A DNA stretch of 57,537 nt from an uncultured Clostridia bacterium (GTDB lineage: Bacteria > Bacillota > Clostridia > TANB77 > CAG-508), in contig CANRKZ010000002.1 in NCBI GenBank assembly GCA_947631335.1, positions 1 through 57,537 of the forward strand, written 5' to 3'. The position numbers and the translations under genes were made by a program. Shown here in pieces: positions 19,432-30,284 of the stretch (positions within the stretch are counted from its first letter, which is position 1; each line of letters starts with the position of its first letter). A model generated the notes under the pieces. The model worked only from the letters and a program-made list of their open reading frames with translations. It did not search any database and was not told where the DNA came from.

Positions 19432-21453
19432 TTATTTAACTACTTCTTTTTCATCTTCATTCATATATCTATATACCATTTTACAAACCATATCAGCTGT
19501 TTTTTCTACACCAAAAGCATCACTGTTAATACAAATATCATAATTAGACGTATCTCTCCAATCTTTACCTGTATAATACCTATAGTGGTTTGCTCTTAAT
19601 TTATCAATTCTTTTAATTTCTTTTTCTGCCTTTTCTTTACTAAGTTTATAAAATTTTACCGCTCTGTTTATCTTATTTCTTATATCACTATATATAAATA
19701 CTTTTATTACATCTTTGTTATCACTTAAAATAAAGTCAGCACATCTTCCTACTATAATACAAGATTCTTTATTAGCTACTTCTTTAATTAACTCCGTTTC
19801 TTTAATAAATAATTCATCTGCATTATTGAATCCAGAATAGTAACCATAATTTAAAATTGCCAAGGAGTTTCTTTTTTGTTCGTTATTTTTTATATATTCT
19901 TCTGATAAACCAGTTTGCTTTGCTAATTTAGAAACAAACTCTTTATCGTAAAGTTTAATACCAAGTTTTTCAGCTATTAATTTACCTATATATCTTCCTC
20001 CTGACCCATATTCTCTAGATAAAGTGATTATAACATGTTTATTAAGCTGATTATTAATAAATGTATTTTTTTCAAAATACTTTGTCTCTAATTTCGTATT
20101 TTTTAAATGTTTTACTTCCATTAATAATAAGGTAGTTGCTACTATAAATGCTAATCCATCTGCAAAAGGCCCTGCATATAAAACGCCTTGAATTCCAAAA
20201 AAACTTCCTAACACTAACATAGCAGGTATCAAAAATAGGATTTGTCTTGATAAAGATAATATAGCACTTTTAATACTTTTTCCAATTGCTTGGAAGAAAA
20301 TTCCAGATGGAATTTGTATTCCATTACAAATACATAACATTAAATAGATTCTAAATGCTAAGCATGCAAACTCCATATAGTTATTATTATTTTCACTACC
20401 AAAAATTAAAATTAACTTATCTGGTATGGTTTGAAATAAAATAAATGCAATCGTACTTATAAGAACACTTATTCCTAATACTCTTTTTAGAGTTTCTTTT
20501 ACTCGGTCAAACTTCTCAGCTCCATAATTATATCCTAAAATTGGTTGTGTACCTGCCGAAATACCAACTATAATACTATTTAATATTTGACTAATTTTCA
20601 TAACAATTCCTAGTACTGTTATTGGTATTTCTGAACCAAATTTAGATTCTCCTCCATATTTTTTAAGTAAATTATTTTCAACTGCAATTACAAACACAAA
20701 ACTCATTTGTGTGATAAAACTACTAATTCCAAGTGCAGATACCTTTAAAGAAACATTAGCTTTTAACCTAAACTTATCTTTATTTAATAAAATCGATTTA
20801 AATCTTTTTATATAGCAAATATTTATAATAAATGTTATAATCTGGCTTATTACAGTTGCAATAGCAGCACCTTGTACTCCCATTTTAAAAATAAATATAA
20901 ATATTGGGTCTAAAATAATATTTAATATTGCTCCCATTACCATAGATGTCATTGCATAATTTGGTTTTCCATCCGCTCTTATAATGGAATTTAGAGTTGT
21001 TCCAACCATCATAAAAGGTAGACCTATACTAATAATATAACCATAATCAAGAGCATAACTTAGAAACTCATCGGTACATCCAAATACATTTAATAAAGTA
21101 GGCAAAAATGTTATTATAATGGTAAATAAAATTAAAGCAATTATAACAGATAAAGCAATACCATTGCCTACACCTTTGGCTGCTTCTTCTTTTTTCTTTT
21201 CTCCTAGTTTAAGACTTAAATATGCAGATGAACCATCTCCGAACATTAGAGCAAACGCTAAACATATTATGGTAAGTGGAAATACTACATTAGTAGCTCC
21301 ATTTCCTAAATATCCTACTCCCCATCCAATAAAAATTTGATCTACTATATTATATAAAGAATTTACTAATAAAGATATAATACAGGGAATTGAGAATTTA
21401 CGGATTAACTTTCCTATTTTTTCATAACCCAAAATATTTTCTTCTTTTTCCAT
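19432..21453 (-). CDS. MATE-family efflux transporter fused to a cytidylate-kinase-like (P-loop) C-terminal domain
   Basis: About 450 aa of polytopic MATE-like sequence, then ITLSREYGSGGRYIGKLIAEKLGI (Walker-A-like) to the C-terminus. Confidence 0.75.
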   Translation of the reverse strand: MEKEENILGYEKIGKLIRKFSIPCIISLLVNSLYNIVDQIFIGWGVGYLGNGATNVVFPLTIICLAFALMFGDGSSAYLSLKLGEKKKEEAAKGVGNGIALSVIIALILFTIIITFLPTLLNVFGCTDEFLSYALDYGYIISIGLPFMMVGTTLNSIIRADGKPNYAMTSMVMGAILNIILDPIFIFIFKMGVQGAAIATVISQIITFIINICYIKRFKSILLNKDKFRLKANVSLKVSALGISSFITQMSFVFVIAVENNLLKKYGGESKFGSEIPITVLGIVMKISQILNSIIVGISAGTQPILGYNYGAEKFDRVKETLKRVLGISVLISTIAFILFQTIPDKLILIFGSENNNNYMEFACLAFRIYLMLCICNGIQIPSGIFFQAIGKSIKSAILSLSRQILFLIPAMLVLGSFFGIQGVLYAGPFADGLAFIVATTLLLMEVKHLKNTKLETKYFEKNTFINNQLNKHVIITLSREYGSGGRYIGKLIAEKLGIKLYDKEFVSKLAKQTGLSEEYIKNNEQKRNSLAILNYGYYSGFNNADELFIKETELIKEVANKESCIIVGRCADFILSDNKDVIKVFIYSDIRNKINRAVKFYKLSKEKAEKEIKRIDKLRANHYRYYTGKDWRDTSNYDICINSDAFGVEKTADMVCKMVYRYMNEDEKEVVK

Positions 21454-21539
21454 TTTATTTTCCTCCCTCTCTTTCTCTTTTAATTCATAATAATTTTATT
21501 ATTTATGTAATCAATAAAATGCTTATCCGAAACTCAATA

Positions 21540-21568
21540 AAAAGGCAACACCTTTTGTGTTGCTTTTT
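21540..21568. terminator. bidirectional terminator (gcaacac-ctttt-gtgttgc)
   Basis: Read directly, flanked by A- and T-runs. Lies downstream of mutS. Confidence 0.55.
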
Positions 21569-21677
21569 ATTAAGTTAATAAATGCAATTTTTATCATATT
21601 CCAAATTTTTATTTTTGTCAATCCTTAATGACTTTTTAATTTATATCCATTTAAATAAGTATTTCCTAGCTATTGTT

Positions 21678-24294
21678 TTATTGCATTTTTTCTTTAATTT
21701 TAACAAGTGTATTCAAAGCATCAATTGGTGTTAATTCGTTTACATTAATTTTATCAATTTCATGTGCAATTTCTGCTAATTTGTATTGATATAAATCAAA
21801 CTGCCCGATCAAGCTGTTTTTTATCTTTTTTATCTTGCTTTTCATTCGTTAAGATATTTTTTCTTTCCAAAGAACGTAAAATTTCATTTGCTTTCTGAGT
21901 AACTGCTTTTGGAACTCCTGCAAGCTTTGCCACATGAATCCCATAACTTTCATCTGTTCCTCCTCTTACAATTTTTCTTAAGAAAATAATGTCTTCACCT
22001 TTTTCTTTAACTGCTATAGAGTAGTTTTTAATACCTTCTAATTTTTCTTCTAATTCTGTTAATTCATGATAATGAGTTGCAAATAGGGTTTTGGCACCGC
22101 ACTTTTCTTTATCTGCAATAAATTCTGCAACTGCCCATGCTATTGATAATCCATCATAGGTTGAAGTTCCTCTTCCAATTTCATCTAATATAACCAAACT
22201 ATTTTGAGTTGCTTCTTTTAGTATTGTTGCTACTTCCATCATTTCTACCATAAATGTACTTTGCCCCATACTTAAATCATCCGATGCTCCCACTCTTGTA
22301 AAAATTTTATCCACTACTCCTATTTTAGCTGATTCAGCTGGTACAAAGCTTCCACATTGTGCCATTAAGGTAATTAAAGCTACTTGTCTCATATAAGTAG
22401 ATTTACCTGCCATATTTGGTCCTGTAATTATAGCTAATCTAGCTTCTTCTTTATTTAAATACGTATCATTTTCAACAAATCCTCCTGCTCCTAATATTTT
22501 TTCAATAACTGGATGTCTTCCATTTTTAATATCAATTGTTCCAGAATGATTAACTTCTGGCATACAATAATTCATATCTTCTGCTACTTGTGCAAAAGAA
22601 GAAATAACATCTAAATTTGAAATAACTTCGCTCGTTGTTTGCAATCTTGTTATATTTCTGGAAATTTCCTCTCTTATTTCTATAAATGCATTATATTCAA
22701 GATTTATAACTTTTTCTTCTGCTCCTAATATCTGATTTTCTAAATTTTTTAATTCTTCTGTTATATATCTCTCTGCATTTGTTAGTGTCTGCTTTCTAAT
22801 AAATCTATCTGGTACTTGATTTAAATAAGATTTTGTTACTTCAATAAAATAACCAAAAACTTTATTAAAACCTATTTTTAAGTTTTTAATTCCTGTTTTT
22901 TCTTTTTCTTCTGCTTCTAACTGTATAAGCCATGTTTTTCCTTGGGTTTGTGCAGTTTTTAATTGATCAATTTCTTTATCATATCCTAATTTTATAATTC
23001 CTCCATCTTTAATTGTCATTGGTGGATCATCCACAATTGACTTTTCAATTAAATGATAAATATCCTGTAATTCATCTAATTTTTCATATAAATCTTTTAA
23101 TAAACTAGCATTACAATTTGCAAGTATTTTTTTTACTTCAGGTAATTTCAATAAAGAATTTTTTAATGTTATCATATCTCTTGCATTGGCATTGCCATAA
23201 GCCATTTTTCCAGCTAATCTTTCGATATCATACACTTTTTTTAAGTTATCTATGATATCCCCTCTTAACATAATATTTTCTTTTAGTTCCTTAACAGCTT
23301 CTAGTCTTTTATTAATTTCTATTGTTTCTACTAATGGATCATTTAGCCATCTTCTTAGCATTCTTCCACCCATGGAAGTACAAGTTTTATCAAGTACCCA
23401 AAGTAAGGTTCCTTTTTTAGACTTATCTCTCATTTTTTCTGTTATTTCTAAGTTTCTTCTGCTATTTACATCCAATGCCATATATTTAGAAATATTATAT
23501 ATTGTAATTTTATTAATATGTTCTAAACTTGTTTTCTGAGTTTCCTCTATATATTGAATTAAAGCATTAATAGAGCTTATTACTAGTGTCTTTTCTTCTA
23601 AGTTTTCTATTTTTTTTCCTGAATTATCTACTATATTAAATTGAACATCTAGGTTATTTAATTCTTCCTTAAAAAACTTATCATTAAATCGAGTTACATA
23701 TATATTTTCAAATCTTTCTCTAATTTTATTTATTTCTTCTTGGCAATCTGCCATCATAGAATTAATGACTAATTCAGATGGTTGATATCTTGCAATTTCA
23801 TCTAGCAAGATTGGAAAATTATAATTATTCTTGATTTCTGCTGAATAAAATTCTCCTGTTGAAATATCACATATACTAATTCCAAAGTAAATACCAGTTT
23901 TATAGATAGACATAATATAATTGTTTTTTCTTTCTTCCAACATATTACTATCTACTAAAGTTCCTGGTGTTATTACGCGAATAACCCCTCTTTTTACAAT
24001 TCCTTTTGTTTTTTTAGGATCTTCTAATTGCTCGCATATTGCAACTTTATATCCTTTAGCAATTAATCTTGAAACATAAATTTCTGCTGCATGATGAGGA
24101 ATTCCGCACATGGGTGCTCTTTCTTCTTGTCCGCAATCTTTTCCAGTTAAAGTTAGTTCTAATTCTCTTGAGGCAGTAATTGCATCTTCAAAAAACATTT
24201 CATAAAAATCGCCTAAACGATAAAATAAAATGCAATCTTTATATTCTTCTTTTGTTTCAAGATATTTTTGCATCATCGGTGAAAATTCTGCCAT
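21678..24294 (-). CDS. mutS: DNA mismatch repair protein MutS; the C-terminal ~42 codons are reached only by a +1 shift at 21807
   Basis: MAEFSPMMQKY start, GPNMAGKST Walker A, DEIGRGTSTYDG. After ...KKQLD the +1 frame continues GQFDLYQYKLAEIAHEIDKINVNELTPIDALNTLVKIKEKMQ*. Confidence 0.85.
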
Positions 24295-24314
24295 TTCTAT
24301 TTTCTCCTTTTCTT

Positions 24315-25731
24315 TTATTCTTGTATTTGTCCTTTTAAATACCACATATGTTCAGAAATAATTTTTAATTCTATCATTTTTCCTATTAAATCCGTCGATC
24401 CTTTAAATATAACCACTTTATTACTATCCGTTCTTCCTGATAATAAATTTGGGTTGTTTTTACTTTTTCCGTCTACTAATACCTTTTGAATTGTTCCTAC
24501 ATATTTTTGATTATTTTCTTCAATTTGACTTTCTACTAAATCTTTCAATTTATCGAATCTTTTATGTTTTTTTTCTTTTGGTATTTGATTTTCCATTTTA
24601 TCTCCTGGTGTTCCAACTCTCCTTGAATAGATAAACATATAAACTTGCTCAAATTTTACTGTTTTTATAACATCTAATGTATCTTCAAATTCTTTATCTG
24701 TTTCTCCTGGAAAGCCAACGATAATATCAGTTGATAAGGTTAAGTTTGGTATTTTCGATTTCATTTTTTGTACTAATGATAAATACTGTTCTTTGCTATA
24801 TTTTCGATTCATTTCTTTTAATACTTTTGTATTTCCAGATTGAAGAGGTAAATGAATTAGTTTACAAACTTTATCACACTCTGCTATAGCAGCAATAACA
24901 TCATCTGTAAAATCTTTTGGATGAGGAGATACAAATCTGATTCTTTCAATTCCTTCTATTTTATCAATTGCTCTAAGTAAAGTGGCAAAAGAATTTATCC
25001 CTTCATATGCTTCAAATTCTTTGTTTTTTTCTTTTTCGATTTTTAAATAAGAATTTACATTTTGACCTAGCAAAGTAATTTCTTTGTACCCTTCTTTTGC
25101 TAACTCTTTTACTTCCTCTAAAATAGCTTTAGGAGTTCTACTTCTTTCTCTTCCTCTAACATATGGAACAATACAATAACTACAAAAATTATTACAACCA
25201 TTCATAATCGTAACAGATGCTTTGATCTTGCTGTCTCTTTTTATTGGTAACCCTTCATAAATTTCTCCCTCAATATCAATTACATCTTCTAATTTTCTTT
25301 TTTCTTGTATTACTTTATATAAATTCTCTGGGAATTTATGTAATGTATGTGTTCCAAAAATGATATCAACAAATGGATAACTTTGTTTTATCTTATCTGT
25401 AATATGTTTTTCTTGCATCATGCATCCACCAATTGCAATAATAATTCCTTTTTCTTCTTTTAACCTTTTTAATTCTCCGAAGTTTTCCAAATAACTTATC
25501 TTCCGCATTTTCTCTTACACAACAAGTATTAAATAAAGCTAAATTTGCTTCTTTTTGATTTTCTGTTTTGGTATATCCCATTTTATCTAACATACCACAT
25601 AACTTTTCAGAATCATTTTCATTCAATTGACAACCCATTGTTAAAATAGTATATTTCAAATCTCCTTGATTTAATTTTCTTACTTTTTCGATATATTTTT
25701 CTTGTAATTTTATATTATTTGATGTATTCAT
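24315..25731 (-). CDS. miaB: tRNA-i6A37 methylthiotransferase MiaB; requires a +1 shift at 25479
   Basis: NTCCVRENAEDKLFGKL|GELKRLKEE is restored by skipping one C. Radical-SAM CNNFCSYC motif and TRAM domain downstream. Confidence 0.85.
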
Positions 25732-25854
25732 TCTTACCTCCATTGGTACATTAGGGACAGTGCCCTTATGTATCATTTATTTTAATACATTTTGTCGCAT
25801 TTTGCAAGAAAAAAATAAGGATAAAAGTTTTTTACTTTTATCCTATTTTTTGCC

Positions 25855-26055
25855 TTATGCAAGACCATATTTCTTTTTAAATTTATCTGCTCTACCACCT
25901 GCTGTATCTTGTCTTAAGTTTCCTGTCCAATATGGATGACATTTTGAGCACACATCTACTTTTAAATCTTTTTTTGTTGACCCAACTTCTAAAACATTTC
26001 CACATGCACATGTAATAGTTGTTTGGTTATATTCTGGATGTAAATCTTTTTTCAC
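25855..26055 (-). CDS. rpmE: 50S ribosomal protein L31
   Basis: (M)KKDLHPEYN...CSKCHPYWTG. GTG at 26055 after agaggtg. Confidence 0.85.
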   Translation of the reverse strand: MKKDLHPEYNQTTITCACGNVLEVGSTKKDLKVDVCSKCHPYWTGNLRQDTAGGRADKFKKKYGLA

Positions 26056-26140
26056 TTTCAAGTTCACCTCTTTCTCGAATTTAATAACATGACTGTTTTT
26101 TATCATAGCATATTTTTTTTACTTTTTCAAGTATTTACCT

Positions 26141-26302
26141 TTATTTTGTTTTATTTTTTTGTTCTTCACTATATATATATTCTGCTGAGTATAACATTTC
26201 TTTATTCAAAGATAACTTATTAACTAATTTACTCATTATATTAAATACACATGCTATTATTAAAATTAACATTCCAATTTTTTTCCAATATTTCTTAAGC
26301 AT
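26141..26302 (-). CDS. 53-aa putative membrane peptide
   Basis: ATG at 26302 after aaaggagaaaaagt. MLKKYWKKIGMLILIIACVFNI... Below the ORF-track size cut-off. Confidence 0.3.
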   Translation of the reverse strand: MLKKYWKKIGMLILIIACVFNIMSKLVNKLSLNKEMLYSAEYIYSEEQKNKTK

Positions 26303-26604
26303 ACTTTTTCTCCTTTTTAAATTGTAGAAAATTATAATTTAGTAGAATTTATATACAAATTAAATATGCAAATGTTACAAAATATTAGTAACTCTATTGT
26401 TTAAGTTTTGTTAGTACTTTTTACAAGCTATATCTATTATACTTTTATTTTTATGAATTGTCAATATTTGTTTTTCCTTGTTTTAAAAGATTCATCCTTT
26501 TTTAATAGATATTTTTTACTAATTTTATTTTAATCTTTATATCTAAAAGAAATCACTCTAAAAGCTTAGAACTTTTAAAGTGATTGGCTTTGAGCTTATT
26601 TAGA

Positions 26605-26952
26605 TTAAATAAACTCAAACTTAAAATTATGGAATGTGTCAAAAAAATCAGGAATGATACAGTTTTTATTTTCTCCTTCTATTATCAAGGCATCTTCATA
26701 TTTTTTTCCACAACAGTAAAGTTTGTGATCCATAACCAATTGATCGATTTCCTCATCGAACCAAACCTGATTGTCTATAATTGAAAAGCTTAATTGTATT
26801 ATTTCTAAATTAGCCCTTCTTTTACTAAAAAAATAAAAAACTGTATTTTCTGGGACGGCTACATCCGTTACATCATAACTGACTTTACAGTCCCAAATCT
26901 TAAAAATGTTTTCTTTTGACAGCCATATGGCGGTTAGCCATTTCTTTTCCAT
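26605..26952 (-). CDS. hypothetical protein (115 aa)
   Basis: ORF with SD gggagg. No family recognised. Confidence 0.5.
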   Translation of the reverse strand: MEKKWLTAIWLSKENIFKIWDCKVSYDVTDVAVPENTVFYFFSKRRANLEIIQLSFSIIDNQVWFDEEIDQLVMDHKLYCCGKKYEDALIIEGENKNCIIPDFFDTFHNFKFEFI

Positions 26953-26975
26953 TTGTGTTTTCCTCCCTACATTTG

Positions 26976-27010
26976 TTCGGAGGACTGTGCCTCCGAAAAT
27001 TTTATTTTTT
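26976..27010 (+). terminator. GC-rich hairpin ttcggagg-actgtg-cctccgaa plus T-tract (terminator-like, orphan)
   Basis: Read directly. Lies 24 nt upstream of the minus-strand ATG at 26952, and no plus-strand gene feeds into it. Confidence 0.35.
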
Positions 27011-27248
27011 CAAAGGCAACAAATTTCTTGTTGTAATATAATTATATCATATCTTACATAAAATTACAAATCAAAAAGGTTTTACATATCCCCTTATTAT
27101 TGTAAACAATTTAATTTGTATACTTTCTAATTTAATTTCAACGTTTTTATATAAATAATAACATTTAGATATATAAAATTTTCCAAAATTAAACTCTTAA
27201 AATAACATAATTTTATCTTTTTTGGTTAGAATAAAATTGGTGATATTT

Positions 27249-27963
27249 ATGAATAAAAAAGGATTACTAATATTAATAATCATAATAGCAGTTTTAATAA
27301 GTGGTGCAATTGGCTATTATTTTTATAGTCAATCCCTAACTGATAATGAAAATAGCAGTGAATACGAAGCAGAACGAACTTCTAGTACAAATCAAGAAAA
27401 TCGGAAATGATTCTAATAATGAAGCAGAGCATAATAATGAAAATCAAAAAATTTCGGAAGATTCCTCTTCTACTCAACAAACCATTCCATACGAGGAAAA
27501 TCAAATAGCTAGTTTTTCTACCACAATCTATTCTAAAGATCCAGCTAGGCAAAACAATATAAAGATAACCTGTGATATTTTAAATGATACCATAGTAAAG
27601 TCGGGAGATACCTTTTCTTTTTGTAATACTGTGGGACAAGCTACCACATCAAAAGGCTATCAAAAAGCTGATATTTTTGACAATAACGGTAATAAGAAAA
27701 AAGGGCTCGGTGGAGGTAACTGTCAAATAAGTAGTACTCTATATAATGCTGTACTTGCTAGTCCTGATTTAGTTGTAACAGAAAGACATAAACATAGCAA
27801 TTATGTTCCTTATATAGAAAAAGGAAAAGATGCTGCAGTAGCTTACGGTAGTTATGATTTTAAATTTCGAAATAATTCTCAAAATGACATAAAAATCAAT
27901 TGTTCAACAGATGGTAAAAGTGTTACAACTACCTTAATTGCTATAAAACAAATACAATCATAA
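27249..27963 (+). CDS. membrane-anchored VanW-family protein; requires a +1 shift at 27402
   Basis: The signal-anchor ORF (MNKKGLLILIIIIAVLISG...) ends 2 codons after AAT CGG. The +1 frame carries the VanW domain (GDTFSF...GGGNCQISSTLYNA). Confidence 0.75.
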
Positions 27964-28032
27964 ATTCTTTCCTTCCATAGAATATTTATGGATATATGAG
28001 AATATATTTTAATATCTATTGGAGGGATTTTT

Positions 28033-29352
28033 ATGCATTTTTTAAAATTATCAATTGGTTTTTTGTTAAGTTTTTCACTTATTTTTTGTTGTATCCTACC
28101 ATCTCTAGCAGAAGAAAGTATTTATGTTTGGTCTTCAAATGCCAACATGACTAATTCTGTAAATGATAGCTCTACTAACATAACTAACAGCACAAGTAGC
28201 AATTCGAATAATATAACAACAAATAACTCAAATTCTAATGAAGTAATACAAACTAGTTCGGAAGCAACAGAAAACAACTCTCTTTTACTGGAGTCTGGCA
28301 GTGCTATTTTAATAGAACAAACTACAGGGCAAATTTTATACTCACACAATATTCATGAGCAACTACGTCCTGCTTCTGTTACTAAAGTAATGAGCATTTT
28401 ATTAATTATGGAAGCTCTAGATAATGGTAAAATTTCTTTAGAAGATACAGTACCTTGTAGTGAAAATGCTGCTTCTATGGGAGGTTCTCAAATTTGGCTA
28501 GACCCAAGAGAAACTTTATCAGTAAACGAAATGTTAAAGGCCATTTGTGTTAATTCTGCAAATGACTGTGTTGTAGCAATGGCAGAATATATCGCTGGTT
28601 CAGAAGAAGCTTTTGTTCAAATGATGAATGATAAAGCAAAAATTCTTGGTATGAATGATACTTGCTTTAAAAATTGTCATGGTCTTGATGAAGATGGGCA
28701 TGTTACATCAGCTTATGATATTTCTTTAATGTCAAGGGAATTATTAAATCATTATCCTAGTATTACCAATTATACTACTATATGGATGGATACGTTACGC
28801 GACGGAAAATCGCAACTATCAAACACCAATAAATTAATAAAAAGTTATAAAGGTGCTACTGGTTTAAAGACCGGTTCTACTTCTCTTGCTTTATATAATT
28901 TATCTGCTAGTGCAACAAGAGATGATTTGTCTTTAATTGCTGTTATTATGAAAGCTCCTTCTACAAAAGTTCGATTTGAAGAAGCACAAAAATTACTTGA
29001 TTATGGGTTTAATACATTCTCTTTTAAACAATTTGGAAAAAAAGATGATATTGTAAAAACTGTTTGTGTTGATAAAGGCGTTACTTCTTATGTTGATGCC
29101 GTATTAAAAGATAATGCAGGTACTTTAATTGAAAAAGGGAAAGATAAAAATATTGAACAAATTTTAAATTTAGAAGAAGTGATTCCTGCTCCTGTTAGCA
29201 ATGGTCAAAAGCTTGGTGAAGTATCTTTTTCTTTAGATGGTAAAACCTTATCGACTGTAGATATTATTGCTAAAAATGAGGTTGAAAAAATTAATTTATT
29301 TACCATGACAAAACATATTTGTTATTCTTGGGTTGATTTGTTAAGAAGCTGA
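28033..29352 (+). CDS. D-alanyl-D-alanine carboxypeptidase (PBP5/DacB/DacF class)
   Basis: SxxK (ASVTK), SxN (SAND) and KTG (KTGST) motifs, signal peptide, C-terminal PBP5_C-like domain. Confidence 0.85.
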   Translation: MHFLKLSIGFLLSFSLIFCCILPSLAEESIYVWSSNANMTNSVNDSSTNITNSTSSNSNNITTNNSNSNEVIQTSSEATENNSLLLESGSAILIEQTTGQILYSHNIHEQLRPASVTKVMSILLIMEALDNGKISLEDTVPCSENAASMGGSQIWLDPRETLSVNEMLKAICVNSANDCVVAMAEYIAGSEEAFVQMMNDKAKILGMNDTCFKNCHGLDEDGHVTSAYDISLMSRELLNHYPSITNYTTIWMDTLRDGKSQLSNTNKLIKSYKGATGLKTGSTSLALYNLSASATRDDLSLIAVIMKAPSTKVRFEEAQKLLDYGFNTFSFKQFGKKDDIVKTVCVDKGVTSYVDAVLKDNAGTLIEKGKDKNIEQILNLEEVIPAPVSNGQKLGEVSFSLDGKTLSTVDIIAKNEVEKINLFTMTKHICYSWVDLLRS

Positions 29353-29353
29353 A

Positions 29354-29399
29354 AATAATCCCAAATATTAAATATATTTATTTAATATTTGGGATTATT
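29354..29399 (+). terminator. 21-bp perfect inverted repeat after the carboxypeptidase gene
   Basis: aataatcccaaatattaaata / tatttaatatttgggattatt. Confidence 0.6.
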
Positions 29400-29684
29400 A
29401 TATATTAATTTAAGTATTTCAAATTTTTTTACAATTTTATTATAAACTTCTGAATTGCACTTTTTCAATATAACATCATCTTTCGTAATTTGGAAAAGAT
29501 ATATCAAGCTTCTTCCGCTCTTTTTATTTTCTCATTTGCTTCTTCTTTCATCTTTCTATTTTCATCTCTTTACTATTATATGTTTTATAATTTTTTTGTA
29601 AATATTTTAAAATAAAAATGAACCCTCCTTATTAAACCTTTTGTCTAACATTTTGGGTTCACTTCACTATCTCAATGTGACTTT

Positions 29685-30284
29685 TTATTCATCTTCTAAC
29701 GTTTCATCATATTCAAATTCATAAGTCTGATCTGGTTCTATTACTTCTTCTATCTTTTTTTCTTCTTTTTCAATTTTATTTTTTATTTGCTTTTTATTCT
29801 TTTCTTCTTTTTGCATGCTATCTTGTTGCTTCTTTTGCATTTCTTTTAATATTTTTTGAGTTTCTTCTTTTTTGTTTTGGATATGTCGATTCATCATATT
29901 GTTTGCCTTTTCAATTAAGTCTGGCATATAGTCTAAAAGCTTATCTAAAGACGATGTATGATTAACTGGCATTAATTTTACATTGTTTGATTGTATAACT
30001 AAAAATGCAATAGGGTTAATCGTAACTCCTGCACCAGATCCACCTCCAAATGGTAAACGATATTGAATTTCTTCTTCTTTATCTTTTTTTGTATATTCAT
30101 CAATTGTTTCTCCTTTAAATTCACTACCACCTGCTGCAAATCCGAAAGAAACTTTTGAAATTGGTATAATTACAATATTATTAGAAGTTTCAATTGGTTC
30201 TCCAATTATAGTATTGACATCAATCATATCTTGTATACTATTCATAGCTGTAATCATAAGACCCTCTATTGGATGCTCGCTCAT
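29685..30284 (-). CDS. ytfJ: GerW/YtfJ-family sporulation protein with a Lys/Glu-rich tail
   Basis: MSEHPIEGLM...IDVNTIIGEPIE...ISKVSFGFAAGGSEF matches YtfJ. Confidence 0.85.
   Translation of the reverse strand: MSEHPIEGLMITAMNSIQDMIDVNTIIGEPIETSNNIVIIPISKVSFGFAAGGSEFKGETIDEYTKKDKEEEIQYRLPFGGGSGAGVTINPIAFLVIQSNNVKLMPVNHTSSLDKLLDYMPDLIEKANNMMNRHIQNKKEETQKILKEMQKKQQDSMQKEEKNKKQIKNKIEKEEKKIEEVIEPDQTYEFEYDETLEDE

Noticed and set aside
30238-30284. The 47-nt overlap of ytfI and ytfJ as another frameshift site.
   Set aside because: ytfJ has its own SD and a canonical MSEHPIEGLM N-terminus. There is no CGG and no homology continuity across frames. This looks like a genuine overlap.
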